Origin: Mobula hypostoma
Lineage: Eukaryota
Assembly (NCBI RefSeq): GCF_963921235.1
Contig: NC_086097.1
Location: 5,394,001 to 5,458,000, forward strand
DNA: 64,000 bases
Direction of reading: 5' to 3'
Shown: one piece after another, positions 25,563-37,908 of the stretch
Layout: every line of letters begins with the position of its first letter
Position numbering within the stretch: the first letter of the stretch is position 1
The notes under the pieces: model-generated
What the model was told of the DNA's origin: nothing
Databases searched by the model: none
Seen by the model: only the letters and a program-made list of their open reading frames with translations
Program-made: the position numbers and the translations under genes

Positions 25563-27415
25563 TAGACTATAAGACATAGGAGCAAAATTAGGCCATTCAG
25601 CCCATTGAGTCTTGTCCGCAATTCCATCATGGCTGATCCCAGATCCCACTCAACTCCATACACCTGCCTTCTTGCCATACGCGCAGACTTGACGTCCACC
25701 GCAGTCTGTGGCAGAGCATTCTACAGACTTACTATTCTCTGGCTAAAATATTCCTCCTTACCTCTGTTCTAAAGTGTCATAACTTAATTTGAGGCTGTTC
25801 CATCTAGTTCTGGACAAACCCACTAAAGGAAACATTCTTTCCACATCCATCCTATCTAGTCCTTTCAACATTCGGTAGGTTTCAATGAGATCGCCATGCA
25901 TTTTTCTAAATTCCAGTGAGTACAGGCCCAAAGCTGTCAAAATCTCCTCATATGTAAACCCTTTCATTCCTGGAATCATCCTCATGAACCTCCCCTGGAC
26001 TCTTTCCAATGCCGAAACATCATTTTTAGATATGGTGCCCAGAACTGTTGAAAATACTAATCCAGCTGGGCAACCTCCTCTCTCATGCCTCTGTAATTCC
26101 CTTTATTCCATTGTGATACTGATACATGTGATTAAAACTTCTCCCTCTCAAATTGCAGTATGAATTCAATCATATTATGATCACTATCTCCTAAGCGTTC
26201 CTTTATATTAAGCTCCCTAATAAGATCTGGGTTATTACACAACACCCAATCTAAGGTAGCCTTTCCCCGAGGAGGGTCAAGCACAAGCTGCTATAGAAAG
26301 CCATCTCGTAGGCTTTCAACAAATTCCCTCTCTTGTGATCCAACATCGACCTAATTTTCCCATCCCTTTGCATATTGAAGTCTCCAATTACAATTGTGTC
26401 ATTACCCTTATTACATGTCCTTTCCAGCTCCCTTTGCAATCTCAACCCCCAACTTAGTTACTATTTGGAGGCCTAAATATGATTCCTATAATGGAATTTT
26501 TACCCTTGCAAATTCTTAACTCCACTCAACATTCTCTGACCCTATGTCATCTCTTTCTGAAAATGTAATTCTATCTCTTACCAACAGGGCCACATCACCA
26601 CCTGTGCCTTCCTGCCTGTCTGTTTGATGCAAAGTATATCCTTTGATGTTAAAGCAACACTCACAACACGCTGGAGGAACTCAGCAGGTCGGGCAGCATA
26701 GAATAGGGGAAAGCACAATGGGTAGTAGAAAGAGGCGGAACCATGAGGGAGGTGGTAGGCAGCTGGGGGGGTGGCAGGGTGACATAGGGATAGAGGAAGG
26801 GAGGGGGAGGGAATTACTGGAAGTTGGAGAATTCTTTGATGTTAAGCGCCCAACTATGTCCTTCTTTCAGCCACGACTCAGTGATGCCCACAACATCCCT
26901 CGAACCGATCTCTAATTTCACCACCAGTTCATCCAACTTATTCTGAATGCTATGGACATTTAAATACAGTATAGCACCTTCAGTCCTGCATTCTTCACCC
27001 TTTTGAATTTTGCCTGTGTGGTACAAATTAACTCTTTGCTCTGTTTGGATTTGTATCCAGTCATTGGCTTGTCCTTCCTTACATTCATGTTACAAATCAT
27101 CTACTTGCAAATCATCTGGCTCACCTTTAGCTATATCATCCTGGTTCTCATCCACCTGCCGTATTAGTTCGAATCACTCCCAACAACTCTAGTAAACCTG
27201 CCTGCAAGGATATTTGTCCCCCTGGGATTCAGGAGCAACCCATCCCTTTGGTACGGTTCCCACCTGCCCCAGAGAGGCCCCAATAATCCAGAAATCAGAA
27301 TCCCTGCTCCCGGCTCCAATTCTTCAGCCACATATTCAAGACAATGCCACCTCATTCTATTCCTATCCTCACTATTGCATGGCACAGGCAGCAATCCTAT
27401 GATTACTACCCTTAA
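25563..27415 (-). mobile_element. Internally deleted CR1 (ORF1 end, endonuclease, 3' end) with PLE fragment at ~26653-26836
   Basis: GLLLNPRGTNILAGRF (ORF1); LYLNVHSIQNK, VVGITESWL and IVIGDFN (APE endonuclease); MERVQGRFMRMIPG (3' end). Confidence 0.8.
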
Positions 27416-27634
27416 ACCAGAAGGGATAGCTTCACTCAGCTTCTCTCACCCAACATGGAACTCTTCCCACAACCTACGGACTCACTCACACAGACTCTTC
27501 ACCTCATGCTCTCAATATTTATTACTATTATTATGATTATTATTAATTTTTCTTTCTTTCTGCATTTGCACAGATGCATGTCTTTTGTACTCTGGTTGTC
27601 CGTCCCCTTGGTGTCGTCTTTCATTGATTCTATT

Positions 27635-28280
27635 ATAGAACATAGAACATAGAATAGTACAGCACATTACAGGCCCTTCGGCCCACAATGTTGTGCCAAC
27701 CCTTAAACCCTGCCTCCCATATAAGCCCCCACCTTAAATTCCTCCATATACCTGTCTAGTAGTCTCTTAGACTTCACTAGTGTATCTGCCTCCACCACTG
27801 ACTCAGGCAGTGCATTCCACGCACCAACCACTCTCTGAGTAAAAAACCTTCCTCTAATACACCTCATGAACTTCCCACCCCTTACCTTAAAGCCATGTCC
27901 TCTTGTATTGAGCAGTGGTGCCCTGGGGAAGAGGTGCTGGCTATCCACTCTATCTATTCCTCTTATTATCTTGTACACCTCTGTCATGTCTCATCTCATC
28001 CTCCTTCTCTCCAAAGAGTAAAGCCCTAGCTCCCTTAATGTCTTATCATAATGCATACTCTCTAAACCAGGCAGCATCCTGGTAAATCTCCTCTGTACCC
28101 TTTCCAATGCTTCCACATCCTTCCTATAGTGAGGCGACCAGAACTGGACACAGTACTCCAAGTGCGGCCTAACCAGAGTTTTATAGAGCTGCATCATTAC
28201 ATCGCGACTCTTAAACTCTATCCCTCGACTTATGAAAGCTAACACCCCATAAGCTTTCTTAACTACCCTATCCACCTGTG
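27635..28280 (-). mobile_element. Young CR1 3' fragment
   Basis: Nearly identical to 59725-60367; (catagaa)n tail at 27635-27655. Confidence 0.9.
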
Positions 28281-28521
28281 AAGGTAATTGTACCCTCACA
28301 GTTATTGTTATAGTTATAGTTACAGTTATAGTTATTGTATTTACTGTGTATGCCCACAAGAAAATGAATCTCGAAGTTGTATGTAGTGACATGTACGTCC
28401 TTTGATAATAAATTTATTTTGAACTTTGAGCTTTAAATATAATATAAACTAGACACTAAATACACAAAAGGATGCAATCACATAGAAACAAAATATTTAG
28501 GTAAACCAAATTAATCCAAAA

Positions 28522-29120
28522 ATAGAGTTCAAGAGCCAAGAGATAATGTTACAGCTATATAGGACCCTGGTCAGACCCCAGTTGGAGTACTGCACTCAGT
28601 TCTCGTCACCTCAGTACAGGAACGTTGTAGAAACTACAGAAAGGGTGCCGAGGAGATTCACAAGGATGTTACCTGGATTGGGGAGCATGCCTTATGAGAA
28701 TAGGTTGAGTAAACTCGGCCTTTTCTTCTTGGAGTGATGGAGGATGAGAGGTGACCTGACAGAGGTGTATAAGATGATGAGAGGCATTGATCGTGTGGAT
28801 AGTCAGAGGCTTTTTCCTAGGGCTGAACTGGTTGCCACAAGAGGGCACAGTTTTAAGGTGTTTGGGAGAAGGTACAGAGGAGATGTCAGTGGTAAGTTTT
28901 TTACAGAGAGAGTGGTGAGTGCGTAGAATGGGCTGCTGGCAATGGTGGTGGAGGCGGATACGATAGGGTCTTTTAAGAGACTTTTGGATAGGTATTTGGA
29001 GCTTAGAAAAATAGAGGGCTATAAGTAAGCCTAGTAATTTCTAAGGTAGCGACATGTTCAGCACAACTTTGTGGGCTGAAGGGCCTGTATTGTGCTGTAG
29101 GTTTTCTATGTTTCTATGTT
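28522..29120 (+). mobile_element. CR1 3' fragment
   Basis: LQLYRTLVRPQLEYC, MRGDLTEVYK; (tttctatg)n tail. Confidence 0.9.
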
Positions 29121-30540
29121 TTTAAAATTTTGGATGACCTAATAAATAGTAGATCTATGTGTTGTTTAGGAACAGTTATTAACTTTCAACCATCAGTCTC
29201 TTGAAGCAATGCAGATAACTTCTCTCACCTCTACACTGAGCTGATTCCACAACCTATGGGCTCACTTTCAAGAACTCTACAACTCCTTTTCTCAAAATCA
29301 TTTACTTATTTATTTGCACAGTTTGTTTTTTATGCACTTTAATTGTTTGTCAGACCTTGCGTGTTGCTTTTCATTGATTCTACTGTATTTTTGGTTCTAC
29401 TGTGAATACCTGCAAGAAAATGAATCTCAGGGTTGTGTATGATGACATACAGTACTGTGCAAAGTATTAGGCACCCTAGAAATGTGCAGTATACTGTATG
29501 TACATAAGACGTTTGCACTTTTGCATCTGTTAATGTAGAGCGGAGATCAGGTTTGGTAATCTGGTGGGAGCAAATGATGTTGGGAATGGTGAAGGTGGAG
29601 CACCATGGGAGGGGTGTGGGACAGGTGGCAGAGAAGGAGTGCCAGGTCCTTTCATGGGAGAAAAGAGCATCACATCACTTAATCAAACTTCAAACTGCAT
29701 ATTGCAGGCTCCAACAGTCTCTGGAATCCAATCAAAACAAAAAGAACAAGCAGAATGTATAGAAAAAGTGAAATAATTGAAATGATTGGCTATCTAGAAG
29801 ATATTGCCCATGGAATTGTTGTTCACTGGTGTCATATTGACCAGAAGTCAGATCCAGAGTATCAATTTTTTCATTCTCCTTTATACTTGTGCACAAGAAA
29901 TAACATTAAATCATCTTGATTTGACAAAATCCAGGTATAGTCTTCTACTCTTCCCAATATTATGCATCCATCAGCCGTTCTAGGTCTCAACTATGTCTGT
30001 CAAGGTAAATTTATACTAATAAATTTTAGAACTGGCAAGGTCTTTGCCCAAGATTGATCAATGTCTATTTTGTTCAGTGTATTTGTTAACTATGACTCTA
30101 CATTAAAATTGGTATAACCAAATAATCATAACAGATACCTGAGATTATTAATAGCTCTACATTTATCAGTGCTAATGCTGTACCTCAGTGGATCGACACA
30201 AAAATAATGAGCTCATTACTGTTCTCTTTGCAGATCTAAATGTAAGATTTGATTTAAATGAGTTTAAAATGAACAATAATATATGACCTAATTCTATTCA
30301 CTCCAAGTTAGGTGAAAAATGATCAGTACTGAGACTCACATTATCAAATTTATAAAAGCACCTTAAGTAACATTTGTTATTGAACTTGCGCTGCCAAATA
30401 CTTCAATGTTTTTTTTCATTACTAATGTTGCATTTTATTAATGCAAGAAAAGTAAAAGGAAAATGAACAATGATGTCCTTGCACAACTTTAAGTCATCAT
30501 TATAATAACAAGTTATTTTACAGCTTAAACCTCCAAGAGG

Positions 30541-30922
30541 ACTACAACCTTACAGTAGTTTTTGGAGGCTTGCGTGCCTCGATGACCCGAAGAGCCTTAT
30601 TGGCTCTAGTCAGGTCACCCATCCCAAACAGATGAAAGGACAGAGACCATTTGAAGTGTAGCTCACCAGTCCCATTTTTGTGTTCAGCTCAGGACTAACA
30701 TCCTTGAGTGGAAAAATAAAACTGCTGCAGAAACAACAATGAAGAATCCTTCTACATCAGAGTGCGACGGTATTCCTGAGTCTCCATCTGGATCTTGCAT
30801 AACTGACAGCAGTGAAAACTGAGAGGAGGCTTCTGACATGATGAAGGAAGCCCTGAACACCACTGGAGATGGAGAATCTTCAATATGGCCCTAAACGCCA
30901 ACAGCGTAACAGGCAGTAAGTA
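30541..30922 (+). mobile_element. Short non-autonomous element with RTE (Rex3/Expander-like) ends, family 3
   Basis: 5' end ggaggcttgcgtgcctc.atgaccc..ggtcaccc..caaacag; 3' end ggccctaaacgcc..gtaagta. Family assignment is from recalled consensus only. Confidence 0.45.
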
Positions 30923-31104
30923 TGCATCTTAATAACATAGAGTTCCTTCCCATGCTGGGTGCAATAACTTAAAGTAAGGACATTTGTTTGTTTATCCAAG
31001 TGTTTTTGATCCAAATGTTTCCAAAACCTTGTCAATTTTTGCACTTTGGATTCTACAGCCCTCCATTTCTGGTATTTGAACATTAAGATACCCTTTTGGA
31101 ATTC

Positions 31105-31630
31105 CCTCATGGAGTATTATGTGCACTTTTGGTTACCTACCTACAGGAAAATGTAAATAAGGTTGAAAGAGTATAGAGAAAATTTACAAGGATGGTAGAG
31201 AACCTAAGCTGTAAGGAAAGATTGAATAGGTTAGGACTTTATTCCTTGGAATGTACAGACAGAGGGGAGATTTGATAGAGGTATACAAAATTACCAAGTG
31301 TATAGATAGAGTAAATGAAAGCAGACTTTTTCAACTGAATATGGGTGGCACTACAACTGGAGGTCATGGGTTAAGCGTGAAAGGTTGGAAGTTTTAGGGG
31401 AACATGCGGGAAAACGTCTTCAATCAGTGGGTGGTGAGAGTGTAGAATGAGCTGCCAGAGCAAGTGGTACATGTGAGTTTGATTTCCATGTTTAAGAGCA
31501 GTTTGGAAGGGGTATGCAGGGCTATGGTCCCAGTGCATGTCAACGGAACTATGCAGTTTAAATGCTTCGCCATAGACTAGATGCACCAAAGGGCCTGTTT
31601 CTGTGCAGTATTTTTCTAAATCTCTGTGGC
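31105..31630 (+). mobile_element. Old CR1 3' fragment
   Basis: ggagtattatgtgcacttttgg..aggggagatttgatagaggtatacaaaat; homologous to 49135-49500. Confidence 0.7.
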
Positions 31631-31829
31631 TGTATAACTCCAACCTTAAACTATCTCCTTCTCCACAAATATCTAATGTCTCTAGACTAAAACTACAGAT
31701 GTTGAAACTCAGAACTAAAAAACAAACAGAAGCATCCATAAATATTCAGCCAACACATCTGATTGAGTATCTGTCCGCTACTTACAACTCCATAATGGTT
31801 GAAGGATAGTCCGAGGATAGAAGTTGGTC

Positions 31830-32330
31830 ACTTCTTAAAAAGAATTCAAACAGAATGAAATGCCATTTGGGGCAACAGAAATGCCAATAGGGAAGATTGT
31901 GGGCTTCAGGATGGCACAGATTGACCACTCTCCATTGCATCTCAATGGCTCTGCTGAGGAGAGAGTGAAGGGCACAAAGTTCCTTGGTGTGCACATAACG
32001 GATGTTCTAACCTCAACCCTCAACATCTCCTCACTGGTCAAGAAGGCAAAGCAGCGTATACACTTTCTGAGGAGGTTAACGCGTGCAGAGTGCCCTGCCC
32101 CCATTCTAAAAACTTTTTACAGGAGCACTGTTGAGGATGCCCTGACTGGCTGCATCTTGATGTGCTACAGAAACTGCAAGGCATCAGACTGCAAGACCCT
32201 ATAGAGGTAGTAAAAACTGATGAACAGATTACGGGGTCTCCCTCTGCCCCTATCTATGTCATTTACTGGGAACCTGGTACAGAAAGGTGCTGAAGTATTG
32301 TTGAGAATTCCTAACACACATCCCATAGGA
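31830..32330 (+). mobile_element. Rex/L2-type LINE ORF2 C-terminal fragment
   Basis: ERVKGTKFLGVHIT..KKAKQRIHFLRRL..FYRSTVEDALTGCI. Confidence 0.75.
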
Positions 32331-32669
32331 GGAGTTTAGGTGGAGACCATTTCGCCTCACAGCAACTCCCTTGTTTGCATCTTCGGATACAGCTCCCAAA
32401 TAATTGGCCTAATTCTGCTCCTACATCTTATGATCTTGTGCATTCCACTAGATTTAAAGGATTGTTTTATTTTTGCCCCTGGAGGAGGTTAATATTACCT
32501 TAATAATTCTCTTAAACTCCTTTTATCTAAACAGAAAAAGTGTGAGCTTTCTCTGTCAAAACACAAGAGATTCTGCAGGTGCTGGAAATCCAGAAAAACA
32601 CAGAAAGTACTGGAAGAACTCAGCGGATTATGCAGCTTCTAAAGAGGGGAATAAATATTTGACATTTCT

Positions 32670-33415
32670 ATAAGACAACCATAGGAGCAGAATGAGGCCA
32701 TTCGGCCCCTCGACTCTGTTCCATCATTCCATCACGGCTGATTCATTTCCATGTCCACCCCATTCTAATATCTTCTCCCCGTAACATTTCACGTCCTAAT
32801 TAATCAAGAATACATCAACCTCTGCCTTAAATACACCCAATGACTTGGCCTCCACAACCACTGCGACAAGAAATTCCATAGAGTCACCACCTCTATCTAA
32901 AGAAATTCTTCCTCATCTATGTTCTAAAAGGACATCCCTCTGTTCTGAAACTGTGCCCTCTGGTCCTTGACTCCCCCAGCTATAGGAAACATCCTGTCCA
33001 TATCCACTCTATCCAGGAATTTCACGCTTCGATAAGTTTCAGTGAGATCGCTCTCATTCTTCTAAATTGCACACAGAGAGTGGTGGGTGTGTGGAATGCA
33101 CTGCCAGTGACGGTGGTGGAGGTGGATACAATGGGGTCTTTATGAGACTCTTAGATAGGTTCATGGAGCTCAGAAAAATAGAGGGCTATACGGTGGGGAA
33201 TTCTAGGCAGTTTCTAGAGTAGGCTACATGGTCGGCACAACATCGTGGGTCGAAGGGCCTGTAATGTGCTGTCGATTTTGATGTTCTATGTTCCAGCAAG
33301 TGCTGGCCCAGAGCCATCAAACGCTTCTCATACAATAAGCCTTTCATTCCTGGAATCATTTTCGTGAACCTGCTCTGAATCGTCTGCAAAGTCAGAACAT
33401 CCTTCCTTAGATGAA
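32670..33415 (-). mobile_element. CR1 3' fragment containing an opposite-strand CR1 tail (~33070-33290)
   Basis: Antisense CR1 C-terminus (IQSRFTKMIPGMKGL); the insert matches 3733-3950. Confidence 0.75.
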
Positions 33416-33699
33416 TTCATCTGCCAAATTATTCTCTTATCCTCACTGGCACGTGGTTTTGGGATGAGACCCATCATCATGCCAGTTCTATCTAACCCTA
33501 CAAGTGAAAATTCTCATCTACAGAACCATTTCATTAATCTCCTGAAAGAGATAATAAATCAGCCATGATGGAATGGTGGAACAGACTCAATGAGCCAAAT
33601 TCTGACCTAATTCTGCTGAATGTCTTATTGACTAGTGGTCTGAAACAATAATTCCTAATAAGAGCTGTACCACACGTCCCCCCCCCCGCCCCATGCGCG

Positions 33700-35468
33700 G
33701 TTATGAAGATGAAAGAAGCATTTGAAAAGCATTGCACATTCAAGTCACTTGCCAAGAAAGCTAAAAATGACCTTGATGGAGGTCTCATTGCTTCTTATAA
33801 CATTTTCACAATGATAGCAAAGTGTGGAAAATCTCATACAATTGTCAAAAGATTATTAATACCTGCTGTATCAGAAGTGCTCACCACTGTTCTCAAAATA
33901 GAAACCAGTATTTTAAAATCAATTCCTCTGAGTAATAACTCTGTAGCTCATTATATTGATGAAATGAGTGAAGACATTGAGTATCTACTATGCACAGAGC
34001 TACAAAAAACAAAATTTGGGATACAACTGGATGAGTCAATTGTGCAAGACAACGAGGCGTTGCTAATGGCATAAGTATGGTTTATCAAAAATGGAAAAGT
34101 TTATGAAGAGGCTCTCTTTTGTAAAAAGTTAAAAACAAATATCAACAGAGAATCAAGATACAACAAGCTCAAAATGTGTATTGAGGATAAAAGTATTCTG
34201 ACCATGATTAGGAACATGATTTCTTGTGCAACAGATGTGATGTGTATATCACAAACAAAAGAAAATCTGTAGATGCTGGAAATCTAAGCAACACACATAA
34301 AATGCCGAAAGAACTTAGCAGGCCAGGCAGCATCTATAGAGGAGTACAGTGCAGCCAAAACCCTCAGCCAGCAACTTTTTTCAATCATGACTTCTGTAAT
34401 GTCTGCTATCATCCATTAAATAGCAGAATATTTCACCTGTTATGTCAAGATAATGATGAAGAGCTTGAATGCTTGCTTCTTCACACTGAAAAAGGCTGCT
34501 GCTTAAAACATTTCTTTGATCTTTTTGACACTGTGGTTGAATTTTTATTCAAAGTCGACAAGAGCTTGGGAAAAAAGCTTGAAATTCTCGGTGGAGCTGA
34601 TCTGAATGAAAAAATGAACATTCTAAATATGAAACTGCAGGGTGAGAATGTCAATTTAATCCAGGCAAAAAGTGTAGTGTCCACTTATATTGGAAAATTG
34701 GAAATTGTTAAGCAGAACATTGGGAGAACAATGTTCTCACAGTTTCCCTGCACTGAAAATATGACTCTCACTTTCACAGGCAGTGATCTGCAAGAGTACT
34801 GCTTACACATGCAGTCACTGGTGAAGGAATTTTAGAATCGATTCAAGGATTTGAGCAATCTGGAAATTCCAGACTGGTAAATTAACCCATTTCTTTGCAA
34901 GATGGAAGAGCAGGAAGAGAACTTTCAGGATAAAATTATCAAAATTCAGTATGATGACAATGCAAAAATGTTTTTCAAAAATGTGGATTTTGTGGTATAT
35001 GGCTACATTGTCATCCAAAGTTTCCTGGTCTTTGGAGAAGAGCCAAACTGCTCTTCATTGCATTTCTATCCTTCTGCCTTATTGAAAGAAGCTTCAGTGC
35101 AGTGAACCACATATTCACAATGAAACAGAAACCGCTTGGATGTTGTTACGTGTGGGGTCTTAAGGCTTCTGCTGTCACAAGATATTTCAACTCTTGCTAA
35201 AAACCATCGAACTCAAGGATCACATTGATATGAAGTTGCTGTACAGCACCCAGGTACTGTGTAAGCTATATTAAAAACAAATAGAAATTTAGAGCACAAT
35301 CGTTTTTCTCATGTTAGCATTCGGAAGACATGTTTTTACACTGTGGGGGTGCTGGAAAGTATACAGTATTTTGCCTAATAGGGGCATTGGCAAGTATGAA
35401 GGTGCTTTAGGGGAGTGTTGGCAAGTATGAAAGTGCTTTAAGGGGACTAAAAAGGTTGGTAAACACTG
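33700..35468 (+). mobile_element. hAT Buster/Charlie-type DNA transposon, transposase pseudogene, 5' end not found
   Basis: ASY..IAKCGKSHTI..LLIPA, IPLSNNSV..IDEMSEDIE, FGIQLDES, LLLHTE..KG.CL..F, LN..LQG, EASVQ region. 3' TIR aaaggttggtaaacactg ends at 35468, followed by atcTAaaa (Buster NNNTANNN target). Confidence 0.85.
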
Positions 35469-35624
35469 ATCTAAAATGTACTACAAAAGTTCCAGGTAAC
35501 AGAAATTTCAGCTCTTAAGTTAGCTGGGGGTTGGAGGGGGATTTGATAGACCATCAAGATATGAAATCATGCAGATTTAAGTGAAGCAGACACAAATTGT
35601 TGCCACTTGGAAATGGGTAAAGGG

Positions 35625-35890
35625 TAAAGTGCAGTGGATTGCTCAACACTTAACAGCAGAGGCAACGCGAGTTCAATTCCGCAACTCACTCTAATGGGTT
35701 TGTACATTCTTCCCGTGACTGTGTGGATTTCCTCTGGGTGCTCCAGTTTCCTCCCACAGTCCAAAGACCTGCTGGTTAGTAGGTTAATTTGTCATTATAA
35801 ATTGTCCCGTGATTAGGCCAGGGGACTGATGGGCGGTGCAGCTCGAAGGGTGAGAAGGGTTTATTCCGCATTGTATCTCAATAAAGAAGT
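35625..35890 (+). mobile_element. V-SINE/HE1-like tRNA-derived SINE
   Basis: B-box-like gagttcaattcc and core ggatttcctctgggtgctccagtttcctcccacagtccaaagac. Other copies at ~36985-37250, 39455-39745, 49500-49640, 56250-56525 (-) and 56795-57240. Confidence 0.75.
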
Positions 35891-36419
35891 AAATGTGAAT
35901 CTGAATCAGGTTTAATATCATCGATGTACATCATGACATTAGTTGCTTTGTGGCAGCAGTACATTGCAATTCATAATAATAAAAAAAACTATAAATTGCA
36001 GGACAAATATATGTTAAAAATTAAATGAAATCAGTAGTGCAAAAAGAACAATCAAACAATAGTGATAGCGTACGTGGGTTCCTTGTCTGTTCAGAAATCT
36101 GTTCTTTTACACAAGAATACTTCTAAGCTGGAACACATTGTCTTTAAGGGTGGTTGTTGGATTTTCAAAGGGCAATTAGAGGGCTTGGTCAAAAATATTT
36201 AGGAGGACTATGATGAAAGAGGGAGTGGATTACTTTACAAAGTGCCAGCAAGTACTTGATAAATTATAATTCTTGAATTCTATTTATGATCGTGAACTGT
36301 TGCACAATCTAAGAAAAAGTATTGACACACTTTCACATAGATGTACCTCTCGACCTTGGTGGAGTTTTCTGTCCAAAATAGAATGCAGTTCTAAACGTTC
36401 AGGTTCACTAACAACAATA

Positions 36420-36762
36420 ATCTTGCGTAAAACCACACAATGAACAATGCAAACCTTAATGTACCCAGAAATGTTTGATCTGCAAGATGTTCTGACTTCA
36501 TGGTTTTGGGGAGATCAGTGGATAAAAGTGGAAATATATCCTAACATGTCTCGATGCAAAATCCAATACCTGAAACTGATATTACAAGATTCTTCCTAGA
36601 ATATTTGCTGAGACACAGTGATGTAGTCAAATCCATACTTGCAAATCCAATTGAATTGTTTAAACAAAGATATCTACGGATCAAAAGTCACTTCATTGAT
36701 TAAAGTCTGAATCATGTTTGCAATTGCTATGGTATAAATTGACATTAGAGACTAAGGACTAT
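36420..36762 (+). promoter_or_regulatory. Putative serpin proximal promoter (TATA box plus liver-type motifs)
   Basis: TATAAA 36733-36738; C/EBP-like TTGCGTAA 36423-36430 and TTGCAAT ~36718; forkhead-like TGTTTAAACA 36657-36666; HNF4-like CAAAAGTCA 36682-36690; partial HNF1-like TTCATTGATTAA 36692-36703. Motif matches only. Confidence 0.5.
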
Positions 36763-36810
36763 ACTTCAGCAAGTTGGACTGCCAAAGACGAACGGGCTTC
36801 TTCAGTTCAG
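36763..36810 (+). other. Putative non-coding exon 1 of the serpin (start approximate)
   Basis: Begins ~25-30 nt after the TATA box and ends at donor CAG|GTAGGA (36810/36811). The acceptor tttactttgcag at 37282, 7 nt before the ATG, implies an upstream exon. Confidence 0.5.
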
Positions 36811-37289
36811 GTAGGACTCTTAAAATTATAAATAGGCTACAGATATGAATCTGTAAGTGAACTTGTGTTAGAACCTAAGGAGCAATATCCGATCTTGTTA
36901 ACTTGTGAAATGTAATAGAGTTTCAATGTAAGCTTTGTCGAGAATCTAAAAGGAAGGTTTTGAGCAAACTCAGAACCCAGTAATATAGTAGGTAGTGTGT
37001 TGCTATTACTGCTCAGGGGGGTCTGGAGTTCTGAGTTCAATTCTTTGTATTTCCTGCCCATGAGCGCATGGCTTTTCCCCAGCTGTTCGAGTTTCTTCCC
37101 ACGGTCCAAACATGTACAGGTTAGTCGGCTAATTGGTCATTGTCAATTGTGCTGTGATTTGACTAGGGTTAATAGGTGAGTTTCTGGGTATTGTGGCTCG
37201 ATAGACTGGAAGAACCTGTTCTGCGCTGTATCTCTAAATAGTGCACAATAAATACATTGTAGGTTTGTGTTTTACTTTGCAGGTTCAAC

Positions 37290-37908
37290 ATGGAGAAGTT
37301 GCTTGCTTTTGCTTTCCTGATGGTCACTTTACCTTCCAGTGGCATGGTCAGTGGATATCCCTCTGCTGCCAATGAATCTACCCCACACCCTTCCCTCCTC
37401 AGCCTCTCAGCAGCAAATTCAGAATTTGCATTGCGTCTGTACAGAAAGATTGCCGCTCAACCAGACACAGCTTCCCAAAATATTTTCCTTTCTCCACTGA
37501 GCATCTCTGCCTCCCTGAGCATGTTGTCATTGGGTGCCATAGAAAGTACTCGGGCTCAGCTCCTGCAGGTTCTTGGATACAGCAACATGACAAACAATGG
37601 TACTGTCGCCGTGAGGGAGACATTCCGCCAGCTTCTGGAGCATTTGAACAATGTGAGTGATGGAATCCACATGAGAATCTCTCTGTACGTTCAAAAGGGA
37701 AAAGAAATTCATGAAAAGTTCCTCAGAGAAGCCGAGGAATATTATAATGCCACGATAGAGAGGGTTGATTTTCGTGTACAACAAAGTACAAAAGACAAAA
37801 TAAATGCTATTGTGAATGACCTAACCAAGGGCAGAATCCCAAACATCCTTAAGGAGCCCCTCTCACCGGATACTCTAATGTTTCTTCTCAACCATTTCTT
37901 GTTTAAAG
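37290..37908 (+). CDS. Serpin coding exon 1 (signal peptide to strand s3A)
   Basis: MEKLLAFAFLMVTLPSSGMVSG, NSEFALRLYRKI, NIFLSPLSISASLSMLSLGA, KIN..V...TKGRI, LLNHFLFK|G; donor G|GTAAGA at 37908/37909. Confidence 0.95.

Noticed and set aside
29650..30530. AT-rich unique stretch searched for extra exons or a second serpin
   Set aside because: No convincing reading frame or serpin motif seen on either strand.
37290..37500. Angiotensinogen or heparin cofactor II identity for the serpin
   Set aside because: No angiotensin decapeptide after the signal peptide and no long acidic N-terminal extension.
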